From positions 96,001 to 160,000 of the IMG/VR virus record IMGVR_UViG_3300008108_000011: 64,000 nt of DNA. One strand, 5' to 3'. This document shows, piece after piece, positions 48,436 through 57,945 of the stretch; the stretch's first letter is position 1; each line of letters begins with the position of its first letter. The notes under the pieces are model-generated. The model made no database searches. It saw only the letters and a program-made list of their open reading frames with translations, and was not told the DNA's origin. This DNA comes from a virus. Made by a program: the position numbers and the translations under genes.

Positions 48436-49334
48436 TGGCAAAGAGTCAATACTTCCCCCAGTATGGTGGGAACACATCAGAACAAACATTAGTGCAAGAT
48501 CTTGTAGACGAACAGATCAAACTGTTTGGGCAAGATGTTTACTATGTTCCAAAAACAATGTTGATCGATAAAACCTTGAATGATGTAATTCTTTCAAAGT
48601 TTGAAGACAAAGTAATGATTGAAATGATGCTCATTAATGTAGAAGGTTTTGGTGGTTCTGGTGCGGTAGCAATGTCTAAGTTCGGTCTCAGATTATCTGA
48701 CGAGATCACATATGCTGTATCCAAAAGAAGATGGATCAACTATGTAGAAACAGAGATTGATACAAGAGTTCCTAATAGACCGAATGAAGGAGATCTTCTT
48801 TATGTTCCTATGACAAACAATCTTTATGAGATTAAGTTTGTTGAAAGAGAAGTTCCTTTCTATCAGTTAGGTAAAAACTATATTTTTGCTTTGACTTGCG
48901 AACTCATCGAAAACGCAGACAACTATTTCGATACTGGAGATCCTGTCATTGATGATCTCACACAAGAATCTCATGTCTTCCCAGTCTTCATGAAGACTGG
49001 TGGAACAGGTGTATTTACTCCAGGGGAGATTGTAGAGCAAACATACACAGTTGACGGTGCTCCTGTTACAACAACTGCCACAGTTGCTGACTGGAATCCT
49101 ACTACACGCAAACTAAGATTGACATATATAAATGGTGTATTAAAGCCAAACGTTGCTCTAGAAGGGCAAGACAGTGGTGCTACATGGATCGTAGATACAT
49201 TCTCTACGATTGATTTTGATATTGACAACTATGATAATGATCAAAATAAAGTAATGGAAGAGAAAGCAGATGCAATTCTCGACTTCACTGAAGGTAATCC
49301 ATTTGGTGAATACGGAAATATGGGAGTATTCTAA
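48435..49334 (+). CDS. gp14: Neck protein gp14
   Basis: EQIKLFGQDVYYVP; RPNEGDLLYVP; IKFVEREVPFYQLGK; DFTEGNPFG. Confidence 0.93.
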   Translation: MAKSQYFPQYGGNTSEQTLVQDLVDEQIKLFGQDVYYVPKTMLIDKTLNDVILSKFEDKVMIEMMLINVEGFGGSGAVAMSKFGLRLSDEITYAVSKRRWINYVETEIDTRVPNRPNEGDLLYVPMTNNLYEIKFVEREVPFYQLGKNYIFALTCELIENADNYFDTGDPVIDDLTQESHVFPVFMKTGGTGVFTPGEIVEQTYTVDGAPVTTTATVADWNPTTRKLRLTYINGVLKPNVALEGQDSGATWIVDTFSTIDFDIDNYDNDQNKVMEEKADAILDFTEGNPFGEYGNMGVF

Positions 49335-50131
49335 TGTTAGGAAATCGTTTTTACCACGAAATCATTAAAAAGAATGTAAAGGCATTTGGAACTATTTTCA
49401 ATAATATTCAAATTGAAAAAAGAGATCCCGATACTAATGCAGTCATTCGCCAGGAAAAGGTGGCACTTGCATATGGCCCTAAGAGTAAGTTTCTTGCTCG
49501 CTTAGATCAAGACCCAAGCACTGAGCGTAAGGTTAGCATTACGATGCCTCGTATCTCTTTTGAGATGACTGGTATCACCTACGACCCATCTAGAAAAACT
49601 TCTCCTATACAAAAATATCTGAAAAAACAAGATGCAGATTCTGTAAAAGTTCAGTATATGCCAGTGCCATATAATCTTGAGTTTGAACTTGGTATTCTTT
49701 CCAAGAATCAAGATGATGCTCTGCAGATTCTAGAGCAGATTCTACCATTTTTTCAACCATCTTTTAATGTAACAATTAATCTCATTCCAGAAATGAATGA
49801 GAAAAAAGATCTTCCAATCATTTTAAATAACATCAGTTACGAGGATGATTATGAAGACGATATGATGCGTAGAAGAGCAATCATCTACACACTTTCATTT
49901 ACATTAAAGACATATATGTATGGTCCTGTTACCGATTCCGAAATTATTCGCAAGGCAACAGTATTTGAAACTCTCGGTGATTATCAAGAGCACAGAAGAG
50001 CAGTTCGTTACGATGTAACTCCAAGAGCTCTCACAGACCAGGATGGAGATAATGATGTAGATGCAGCGGATGATGCACTACTCATGCCAGATGATGACTT
50101 TGGATTTAACGAGGGGATTACATTACTATGA
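49334..50131 (+). CDS. gp15: Tail sheath stabiliser / terminator gp15
   Basis: FGTIFNNIQI; YGPKSKFLARL; MPRISFEMTG; PVPYNL; EQILPFFQP. Confidence 0.95.
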   Translation: MLGNRFYHEIIKKNVKAFGTIFNNIQIEKRDPDTNAVIRQEKVALAYGPKSKFLARLDQDPSTERKVSITMPRISFEMTGITYDPSRKTSPIQKYLKKQDADSVKVQYMPVPYNLEFELGILSKNQDDALQILEQILPFFQPSFNVTINLIPEMNEKKDLPIILNNISYEDDYEDDMMRRRAIIYTLSFTLKTYMYGPVTDSEIIRKATVFETLGDYQEHRRAVRYDVTPRALTDQDGDNDVDAADDALLMPDDDFGFNEGITLL

Positions 50132-50535
50132 GCACATTTGAAGACAACATGGAAGAGATCTTTGACATAGCACCCATTGAACAAACGACTGAAATGATTA
50201 CTCAAGCAAATAGTGAGATTAGCGTTGATGCTAACAAGGATTATGAATATACCAGAGGGCAGTTATACACCCTCATATCACAGGGTCAGGAGGCGGTGCA
50301 AGGCGCTTTAGAGGTTGCTCAGGAGTCAGGGCACCCTAGAGCATATGAGGTTGCTGTGAACGCTATGAAGCAGGTTGCAGACATGTCTGACAAGTTGATT
50401 GATCTTCAGCACAAGATGAAGAATCTAAACAAGGAAGATAAGAAGTTAACACCAACCACAGTCAATAACACAATGTTTATTGGCACAACGGCAGATCTTC
50501 AAAAGATGATTAAAGATGCCGCCAAGAATAAATAG
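50128..50535 (+). CDS. gp16: Terminase small subunit gp16
   Basis: DYEYTRGQL; ESGHPRAYEV; NNTMFIGTTADLQKM. Confidence 0.93.
   Translation: MSTFEDNMEEIFDIAPIEQTTEMITQANSEISVDANKDYEYTRGQLYTLISQGQEAVQGALEVAQESGHPRAYEVAVNAMKQVADMSDKLIDLQHKMKNLNKEDKKLTPTTVNNTMFIGTTADLQKMIKDAAKNK
50527..50534 (+). promoter_or_regulatory. Late promoter variant (AATAAATA)
   Basis: Overlaps gp16 stop, upstream of the 89-aa ORF. Confidence 0.55.
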
Positions 50536-50554
50536 AAAATAAACGGAAAAGACA

Positions 50555-50824
50555 ATGAGAGTTAAAATCTTAGGAAGTGCTGTAACCCTTACAACTACAC
50601 CCAATGTAGTTGGTTCAACTGCTGTTGATATTCTACTTGTTCACGATGCTGGCGGTAATACTGGAAGAACAATCACGCTTTATGAAAATGATGGAACTAC
50701 TGTAGTTGGTTCTTTTTTCTCTAATCCTGGCACAGAGATTGTTATTCATAAAAAAGCAGATCAAAAACTCAAAGTTGATACTGGAACAGATGTAAGAGCT
50801 ACTCCTATTGCTTATTTCTCATGA
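50555..50824 (+). CDS. Hypothetical beta-rich virion-region protein
   Basis: 89 aa, after gp16, ATGA overlap with next gene. Confidence 0.7.
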   Translation: MRVKILGSAVTLTTTPNVVGSTAVDILLVHDAGGNTGRTITLYENDGTTVVGSFFSNPGTEIVIHKKADQKLKVDTGTDVRATPIAYFS

Positions 50825-51540
50825 AAAAGAAAGTTCCTACAGAGAAAGAAATCGCCAAGAAGCATAGTGTCTCTGTTGACACTATTATTAGACAAGCAGA
50901 GATTGGTTCTACTGTGGAACGAGAGCATGTCACCACACATGAAGAAGCATATGGTATTGCTCTACAACATTTAGATGAGTTCCCAGATTACTACACACAC
51001 CTACTTAAGATGGAAAAAGAACTAAAAGCACAACACAAGAAAAGAACTGTTAAAGAAATGTGGGCAATCTGTGAAAACCATGTAGCAGTTGCCATGGGTA
51101 AAGAGATCGATGACGAAGGTGGAATGATTATGAGTCAACTTGATACTATTGAGAATGCAGTGACTCGTCTTCGCACAGTTGTAAGTGATCCTAAAATGCA
51201 ACTACCAGGATGGGTGCAGTCTAAAGTAACTCTTGCTTGCGACTACATTGATACTGCTGCTGACTACATGACAAGTAAGAATGAATCTGTTGAAGTTTCA
51301 GAATCTGCTTGGACTCGTAAGGAGGGTCAGAACAAAAATGGCGGGCTCAACGAAAAAGGAAGAAAATCTTACGAAAGAGAAAATCCAGGAAGCGACCTTA
51401 AGGCACCTTCAAAAAAGGTTGGAAATCCCCGTAGGGCGTCATTTTGTGCAAGAATGAAAGGTATGCGTAAGAGACAAAAAGATAAGAATAATACTGGCGA
51501 AGATCGTCTATCTAAATCTCTTCGTGCGTGGAATTGCTGA
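50821..51540 (+). CDS. Modular hypothetical protein (DUF5661-like + DUF6321-like segments)
   Basis: EIGSTVEREH...IALQHLDEFPDYYTHL; LPGWVQSKVTLACDYI; GGLNEKGRKSY...RRASFCARMKG...SLRAWNC. Confidence 0.65.
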   Translation: MKKKVPTEKEIAKKHSVSVDTIIRQAEIGSTVEREHVTTHEEAYGIALQHLDEFPDYYTHLLKMEKELKAQHKKRTVKEMWAICENHVAVAMGKEIDDEGGMIMSQLDTIENAVTRLRTVVSDPKMQLPGWVQSKVTLACDYIDTAADYMTSKNESVEVSESAWTRKEGQNKNGGLNEKGRKSYERENPGSDLKAPSKKVGNPRRASFCARMKGMRKRQKDKNNTGEDRLSKSLRAWNC

Positions 51541-51562
51541 CATAAAAAGTTACTATTGTAAC

Positions 51563-51590
51563 TTGACAAACATTCATTACCCTATATAAT
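51563..51590 (+). promoter_or_regulatory. Sigma70-type promoter
   Basis: TTGACA (51563-51568), 16-nt spacer, TATAAT (51585-51590) in an intergenic gap. Confidence 0.65.
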
Positions 51591-51617
51591 ATCATTACCG
51601 TATCAAGGTAAGACTCA

Positions 51618-51851
51618 ATGGATACAAAAACCTGCCCTAAATGTGGGGCGTGCTGGATCGGTGGGCAACACTACTGGGTAGGCACAAATAAGAAGGGTAA
51701 TGAAACGGAACTCGCTTCATTAGTTTGTGATAGATCAGGTGATGATACCTGCATCAATCCAGCAAGGGGAACCACCAAAGGAGATGGGTGGGAAAAAAGA
51801 TTAAATAGTATGCAAGAAATCGAAAAGGATATTAGAAGAGCAAATGAGTGA
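51618..51851 (+). CDS. Small Cys-rich hypothetical protein
   Basis: 77 aa; CPKC...LVC...CINP; overlaps gp17 start by 8 nt. Confidence 0.75.
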   Translation: MDTKTCPKCGACWIGGQHYWVGTNKKGNETELASLVCDRSGDDTCINPARGTTKGDGWEKRLNSMQEIEKDIRRANE

Positions 51852-53508
51852 TAATGTATATCTTGGTAATCCTAATCTAAAGAAAGCTAATACCGCTATT
51901 AGTTTTACAAAGGATCAAGTCGAAGAGTTTATTAAATGCAAAGATGACCCAGTTTACTTTGCAAAGAACTATGTGAAGATCATCTCTCTTGATGAAGGTC
52001 TTGTTCCTTTTGAGATGTATGATTTCCAAGAGAAACTCATTACTAACTTCCATACACATCGATTCAACATTGCCAAACTTCCGAGACAGACAGGAAAATC
52101 AACGACGGTTATTTCCTATCTGTTGCATTATGCTGTCTTCAACGACAACATTAAGATTGCTATTCTAGCAAACAAAGCAGAAACTTCAAGAGAACTTCTG
52201 TCTCGTTTGCAGTTGGCATATGAGAATCTTCCGAAGTGGATGCAGCAAGGTATTATAGCATGGAACAAAGGATCTATGGAACTGGATAATGGTTCCAAGA
52301 TTATAGCAGCATCCACCTCATCATCCGCTGTTCGAGGAAACTCTTTTAACATCATCTTCCTTGACGAGTTTGCGTTCGTTCCTAACCACATGGCGGAACA
52401 GTTCTTCTCGTCTGTATATCCTACTATCTCGTCTGGTAAGACCACAAAGGTTATTATCATTTCTACCCCACAGGGTATGAATATGTTCTACAAGCTGTGG
52501 CACGACGCAGAGCGTGGCAGGAATGGATATGTGCCACTGGAAGTTCACTGGAGCGCAGTTCCTGGTAGAGATGAGAAGTGGAAAGAAGAGACCATCAGGA
52601 ACACCTCTGAGAGGCAGTTCACGCAGGAGTTTGAGTGTGAGTTCCTTGGATCGGTTGATACGCTGATCTCAGCATCTAAGTTACGCTCGATGGTGTTTGA
52701 GGATCCCATACAAGATAATAGTAAAGGATTGAAGGTATACGAGGAAGCAAAGAAAGATCACGACTACATTATGACAGTCGATGTATCCCGTGGAACCAAC
52801 AATGATTACTCCGCTTTTGTCGTATTCGATATTACCACACTGCCTTGGAAGACAGTTGCTAAGTATCGAAACAACGAAATCAAACCAATCCTGTTCCCCA
52901 ACATTATAGAACAGGTTGCCAAGAACTACAATAAAGCATACATCCTCGCAGAAGTCAATGATATTGGTGAGCAGGTAACAAACATTCTTCACTACGATTT
53001 GGAGTATCCAAACATTCTGATGTGTGCCATGCGTGGTAGAGCAGGTCAGATTGTAGGTCAAGGATTCTCTGGCACCAAATCTCAACTTGGTCTGAAGATG
53101 TCAAAGGTGACGAAGAAGGTTGGGTGCTCTAACCTAAAAACATTGATTGAGGATGACAAACTTCTAATCTCAGACTACGAAATCATCAGTGAGCTTACCA
53201 CATTCATTCAGAAGAATCAATCGTTTGAAGCTGATGATGGATACAATGATGACCTCGTAATGTGTCTGGTATTATTTGCGTGGTTGGCAGTTCAACCCTA
53301 CTTTAGGGAGATGACCGACAACGATGTTCGCAAGCGTATCTACGAAGAACAGAAGAATCAGATAGAACAAGACATGGCACCGTTTGGATTTATCTCAGAT
53401 GGTATTAGTGATGTAGAAGAGAAGTTTATTGATGAAGATGGAAATGTTTGGTATACAGATGGATACGGCAATCCTTTTGTCGATGTAGAATACATGATAG
53501 GTTACTAA
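51844..53508 (+). CDS. gp17: Terminase large subunit gp17
   Basis: YLGNPNLK; Walker A PRQTGKST; Walker B IIFLDEFAF; FTQEFECEF; DVSRG; DDLVMCLV. Confidence 0.98.
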   Translation: MSDNVYLGNPNLKKANTAISFTKDQVEEFIKCKDDPVYFAKNYVKIISLDEGLVPFEMYDFQEKLITNFHTHRFNIAKLPRQTGKSTTVISYLLHYAVFNDNIKIAILANKAETSRELLSRLQLAYENLPKWMQQGIIAWNKGSMELDNGSKIIAASTSSSAVRGNSFNIIFLDEFAFVPNHMAEQFFSSVYPTISSGKTTKVIIISTPQGMNMFYKLWHDAERGRNGYVPLEVHWSAVPGRDEKWKEETIRNTSERQFTQEFECEFLGSVDTLISASKLRSMVFEDPIQDNSKGLKVYEEAKKDHDYIMTVDVSRGTNNDYSAFVVFDITTLPWKTVAKYRNNEIKPILFPNIIEQVAKNYNKAYILAEVNDIGEQVTNILHYDLEYPNILMCAMRGRAGQIVGQGFSGTKSQLGLKMSKVTKKVGCSNLKTLIEDDKLLISDYEIISELTTFIQKNQSFEADDGYNDDLVMCLVLFAWLAVQPYFREMTDNDVRKRIYEEQKNQIEQDMAPFGFISDGISDVEEKFIDEDGNVWYTDGYGNPFVDVEYMIGY

Positions 53509-53735
53509 TGGATATCGAAGATGAGTTTTCTTTAGATCACTTATTATTCAGAGAAAGAAAGTGTAGGGTCTGTGGAGAGACTAAAGACCTGATGACTGAT
53601 TATTATGTGATACGAAAAGGAAAGAAATACTTACCATCTTCATATTCTTACGAATGCAAACAATGCACTATAAAAAGAATTATAGGTAACAGAGAAGGGA
53701 AACAAACTATTATGTGGGAATATCCTGATTGGTAA
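53508..53735 (+). CDS. Small zinc-finger-like protein
   Basis: Start ATG 53508 overlapping gp17 TAA; CRVC...YECKQC; ends WEYPDW. Confidence 0.7.
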   Translation: MDIEDEFSLDHLLFRERKCRVCGETKDLMTDYYVIRKGKKYLPSSYSYECKQCTIKRIIGNREGKQTIMWEYPDW

Positions 53736-53775
53736 ATTGTTCATGCACTGTTTCCCCATTTGAAATACTCTTTTT

Positions 53776-53783
53776 CATAAATA
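53776..53783 (+). promoter_or_regulatory. Late promoter variant (CATAAATA)
   Basis: Upstream of gp18 with SD GAGGAG. Confidence 0.7.
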
Positions 53784-53825
53784 TTTGTAGTTAAAAAATG
53801 AACTAATTTCATCGAGGAGACAAAC

Positions 53826-55439
53826 ATGGCAGGTCAAGTATCACCTGGAATTGTTCTAAGAGAGCGTGATTTAACAGCACAAACTGTAGTTAATACTTTA
53901 GCAAACACTGCTGCCTTTGTTGGTAGTTTTGCAAAGGGTCCTGTTGGTGTAGTTACTAATATCGCTACAGAGAAAGAACTCTTAGAGACATTCGGTGCCC
54001 CTAACGCAAATAATTACGAAGATTGGTTTGTAGCTCAAACCTTCTTATCATACGGTGGTCAACTATTAGTAGTAAGAGTTGAAGATACCTCTCTCAAAAA
54101 TGCTGTTGATGACACAACCGCAACAGCAATTCTTGTTAATGACAAAGCAGATTTTGATGCAAATTTTGCTTCATATGACTGGAAATTTGCTGCTAGAACA
54201 GCAGGAACTTGGGCAAACGGTTTAAAAATTGCTATAGTTGATGGTGGAGTAACCAATTACGCAACTGCTACTCTTTACGGAACTGTTCTCTGGAGTACGG
54301 TTGCAAATGATCCAGGTAGTGCCGATGATCTTCACATCGCAGTGTTGGATGCAAACAATAATGTTCTAGAAACATTTTTATATGTTTCACGTTTGTCTAC
54401 TGCCAGAGATTCTCAAGGTGCTTCTAATTACTACAAAGATGTAATTAATAACCGTTCTCAATACATTTATGCAGGACCCGAAAATGCTGCTGCAGGTGAA
54501 TCAGATGTAACTCTCGCTGGTGGTGTTGATTCATACACAACTGTAGTTGCTGATATTACAGCGGCATATGACCTATTCGCAGACGCAGAAGAAATTACAT
54601 TCGATTTTATTCTTGCTGGAGGTAGTCTAGCAGTTGAAGCTGATCAAGTAACAAAGGCACAAAAAACTATTGATCTAGCATCTACAAGAAAAGACTGCAT
54701 TGCTTTCGTTTCTCCTCACAAAGGATTTTTAACATTGGCATCTGCATCAGCAAAGAGAGATGATATCATCACTTTCTTTGATAGTGTAGGAAGCAGCACT
54801 TCATATGCAGTATTTGATAGCGGATATAAGTATATCTACGATCGTTATAACGATACTTACAGATACATTCCTTGCAATGGAGATGTTGCTGGGCTATGTG
54901 TTCAGACTTCATTGAATGCTGAAGATTGGTTCTCCCCCGCTGGAAATGCCAGAGGAAATATTAAAAATGCGGTAAAACTAGCATACACTCCTTCAAAAAC
55001 AGATAGAGACAAACTCTATCTCAAGAGAATCAATCCAATTGCTTCTTTCCCTGGTCAAGGTGTAGTTTTATTTGGTGATAAAACAGCTCTTGCTACTCCA
55101 AGTGCTTTTGATAGAATCAATGTTCGCCGTCTATTCCTCGCGGTAGAAAAGCGTATCAATCAACTTGCTAAGAATGTTCTATTTGAATTAAATGACGAAG
55201 CACTAAGAGCATCGTTCACTAATGCTGCTGTTGGGTATCTAACAGAAGTTCAAGCAAAGCGTGGAGTTATTGATTTCTTAGTTGTATGTGACGACACAAA
55301 CAACACGGCAGATGTTATTGATAGAAATGAGTTTGTTGCTGAGATCTACCTCAAGCCAACTCGTTCAATTAACTTCATCACTCTTACCTTTGTTGCTACT
55401 CGCACTGGAGTAAGTTTTGCTGAAGTCGTCGGTAGATGA
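53826..55439 (+). CDS. gp18: Tail sheath protein gp18
   Basis: QVSPGIVLRERD; FGAPNANNYEDWF; RKDCIAFVSP; WFSPAG; FDRINVRRLF; KPTRSINFITLTF. Confidence 0.97.
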   Translation: MAGQVSPGIVLRERDLTAQTVVNTLANTAAFVGSFAKGPVGVVTNIATEKELLETFGAPNANNYEDWFVAQTFLSYGGQLLVVRVEDTSLKNAVDDTTATAILVNDKADFDANFASYDWKFAARTAGTWANGLKIAIVDGGVTNYATATLYGTVLWSTVANDPGSADDLHIAVLDANNNVLETFLYVSRLSTARDSQGASNYYKDVINNRSQYIYAGPENAAAGESDVTLAGGVDSYTTVVADITAAYDLFADAEEITFDFILAGGSLAVEADQVTKAQKTIDLASTRKDCIAFVSPHKGFLTLASASAKRDDIITFFDSVGSSTSYAVFDSGYKYIYDRYNDTYRYIPCNGDVAGLCVQTSLNAEDWFSPAGNARGNIKNAVKLAYTPSKTDRDKLYLKRINPIASFPGQGVVLFGDKTALATPSAFDRINVRRLFLAVEKRINQLAKNVLFELNDEALRASFTNAAVGYLTEVQAKRGVIDFLVVCDDTNNTADVIDRNEFVAEIYLKPTRSINFITLTFVATRTGVSFAEVVGR

Positions 55440-55470
55440 TTTGTATAGGTAAAACAACGAGGTAAAAACA

Positions 55471-56061
55471 ATGGCAAACTCAAACATTCAAAATTTCTTA
55501 AACACTATTCAGAATGGTGTTAGACCCAATCTATTTGAGGTTCAATTTGCTTTCCCATCAGGATTGACTCTTCCTGCTGGAGTAGATGCAACTTCAACTC
55601 TACTTTGCAAATCTGCTGCTCTTCCAGCATCTAATTTAGGTGTGATTGAAGTTCCTTTCAGAGGAAGAACAGTAAAGATTGCTGGAGATAGAACATTCGA
55701 TACATGGACTGCAACCTTTATCAATGATACTGGTTTTGCAATCCGTGAAGCAATGGAGAAGTGGATGCAAGCAATTAATTATCATGAAAGAAATACTGCT
55801 ACTCACGTCAGCCCTGCTGATACTGGCAGCAATAGATATACAACTGATTTAATTGTTAAACAACTCAAGAGAGATTCAAACGCAGGTGGAACTGCAGTAA
55901 CCTCATACAAACTATGGGGATGCTTCCCAACTAACATTTCTCAAATTGATCTTGCTTATGATAGCAACGATCAAGTTGAAGATTTTACGGTTGAATTCCA
56001 ACTTCAGTATTGGACTCGTGGAACTGGAACTGACACAACTAACGTTGTTGCTGGTGCATAA
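55471..56061 (+). CDS. gp19: Tail tube protein gp19
   Basis: GVRPNLFEV; CKSAALPAS; PFRGRTVKIAGDRTFDTWT; EDFTVEFQLQYW. Confidence 0.97.
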   Translation: MANSNIQNFLNTIQNGVRPNLFEVQFAFPSGLTLPAGVDATSTLLCKSAALPASNLGVIEVPFRGRTVKIAGDRTFDTWTATFINDTGFAIREAMEKWMQAINYHERNTATHVSPADTGSNRYTTDLIVKQLKRDSNAGGTAVTSYKLWGCFPTNISQIDLAYDSNDQVEDFTVEFQLQYWTRGTGTDTTNVVAGA

Positions 56062-56064
56062 ATA
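56057..56064 (+). promoter_or_regulatory. Late promoter variant (CATAAATA)
   Basis: Overlaps gp19 stop, upstream of gp20. Confidence 0.65.
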
Positions 56065-56092
56065 CAGTATCGGTAAGTGAGACAATTTAAAT

Positions 56093-57721
56093 ATGAGTCA
56101 ACTTTTTGGATTCTCAATTAAAAGCAAAGCGGAGGAATTGAAAGGTCAATCTCCAATTCCTCCCAATGCTGATGATGCAGTAACCACCGTAGCTGGTGGT
56201 TATTTTGGTTCGTACGTAGATATTGATGGAGTAGCGAGAAATGAGTTTGATCTTATCAAACGCTACCGCGATATGTCTATGCACCCAGAGGTTGACTCTG
56301 CGATTGATGAAATTGTAAACGAAGCAATCAACTCTAGTTTAGATGACTCACCAGTTCAAATTGAACTTTCAAATCTTGAAGTAGGCGAACCAATCAAAAG
56401 AAAAATTCGTGAAGAGTTTGATTATCTAAAGCGTCTACTATCCTTTGATACCAGAGCGCATGAAATTTTTAGAACTTGGTATATTGATGGTCGTTTATAT
56501 TACCATAAAGTTATCGATCTGTCTAATCCTAAATCGGGTATTACTGAACTCAGATTCATCGACCCACTGAAGATCAAAAAGGTCAGAGTTCAAAACAAAG
56601 ATCCTAAGTTCAACACAGTTCTTTCGGCAAATAGAGGTGGTGTTGATACAGCAATGTCATATGACTTTGGTGAATATGTAGAATACTACATGTATAATCC
56701 AAAGGGATTTATCAGTTCAACCTTCGATGTCAACAACGCAACGAGTGGCGTCAAGATTGCAAACGATGCTATCACATATGTAACATCAGGTTTACAAGAT
56801 CTCAACAAAAAGATGGTGTTGAGTTTCTTACACAAGTCAATCAAATCACTTAACCAGTTACGCATGATTGAAGATGCGCTGGTTATCTACAGACTTTCCC
56901 GCGCACCAGAACGCCGTATTTTCTACATCGATGTAGGCAATCTTCCTAAGGTAAAAGCAGAGCAATACCTTCGTGAAGTTATGGCTCGCTATCGTAACAA
57001 ACTTGTGTATGATGCACAAACTGGTGAAATCCGCGATGACAAAAAGCATATGAGTATGCTTGAGGATTTCTGGCTCCCTCGTCGTGAAGGTGGTAGAGGA
57101 ACTGAAATCACCACGCTTCCTGGTGGTCAAAACCTCGGTGAACTCAAGGATGTTGAGTATTTTAAAAAGAAACTTTACAACTCACTCAACCTTCCACCAT
57201 CGCGTTTAGATGATGCCAACCAAGGATTTTCACTTGGTCGTTCATCTGAGATTCTACGCGATGAACTTAAGTTTGCAAAGTGGATTGCAAGACTTCGTAA
57301 GAAGTTTAGCGCACTGTTCCACGACATGCTTAAGACTCAACTCATTCTAAAAGGAGTTATCGCTCCTGAAGATTGGGATGAAATGCAAGAGCATATTCAA
57401 TATGATTTCCAGTTTGATAATCATTTTGAAGAACTCAAGCAAGCAGAACTCATGGGCAATCGCCTTCAGGTTGCAACTGCTCTCGATCCTTTCCTCGGAA
57501 AGTATTACTCAATCGAGTATGTAAGAAAGCAAGTTCTTATGCAAACTGATGCTGAGTATGATGAAATCTCCAAGCAAATGGAAGATGAGATTGCGGAAGG
57601 TAAGATTCCCGATCCCATTCATACTAATTTAATGAATGCAGCAACTTTGGAAGTGGGAGCATTGCCTCCGCCACCTCCAGCTCCTGTTGCTCCATCTAAA
57701 CCCAAAACATCAGAAAAATAA
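56093..57721 (+). CDS. gp20: Portal protein gp20
   Basis: YRLSRAPERRIFYIDVGNLPKVKAEQY; MLEDFWLPRREGGRGTEITTLPGG. Confidence 0.98.
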   Translation: MSQLFGFSIKSKAEELKGQSPIPPNADDAVTTVAGGYFGSYVDIDGVARNEFDLIKRYRDMSMHPEVDSAIDEIVNEAINSSLDDSPVQIELSNLEVGEPIKRKIREEFDYLKRLLSFDTRAHEIFRTWYIDGRLYYHKVIDLSNPKSGITELRFIDPLKIKKVRVQNKDPKFNTVLSANRGGVDTAMSYDFGEYVEYYMYNPKGFISSTFDVNNATSGVKIANDAITYVTSGLQDLNKKMVLSFLHKSIKSLNQLRMIEDALVIYRLSRAPERRIFYIDVGNLPKVKAEQYLREVMARYRNKLVYDAQTGEIRDDKKHMSMLEDFWLPRREGGRGTEITTLPGGQNLGELKDVEYFKKKLYNSLNLPPSRLDDANQGFSLGRSSEILRDELKFAKWIARLRKKFSALFHDMLKTQLILKGVIAPEDWDEMQEHIQYDFQFDNHFEELKQAELMGNRLQVATALDPFLGKYYSIEYVRKQVLMQTDAEYDEISKQMEDEIAEGKIPDPIHTNLMNAATLEVGALPPPPPAPVAPSKPKTSEK

Positions 57722-57724
57722 ATA
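57717..57724 (+). promoter_or_regulatory. Late promoter variant (AATAAATA)
   Basis: Overlaps gp20 stop. Confidence 0.55.
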
Positions 57725-57744
57725 ATTTATTATAGGTAAATTAA

Positions 57745-57945
57745 ATGGATACTATTGAAGTTGTAAATGCCATTCGTGATGGTAATCGTGTTCAAGCACT
57801 TGACAAAATTGCTGACATCCTCTACGGAAAAGCAGCAGAAGCAATGAAAGATTATAAGCAAACAGTTGCTCAAACATTTTTCGATCAACCTGAAGCTCCT
57901 GAAGAGGAGGTAGAAGAAACACCAGCAGAGGAACCACAACAATGA
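57745..57945 (+). CDS. Small acidic prohead core-like protein
   Basis: 66 aa between gp20 and gp21, where T4-like phages place gp67/gp68; Glu-rich tail. Confidence 0.6.
   Translation: MDTIEVVNAIRDGNRVQALDKIADILYGKAAEAMKDYKQTVAQTFFDQPEAPEEEVEETPAEEPQQ

Noticed and set aside
53508-53735. Active homing endonuclease between gp17 and gp18
   Set aside because: Only 75 aa with no recognisable nuclease catalytic motif
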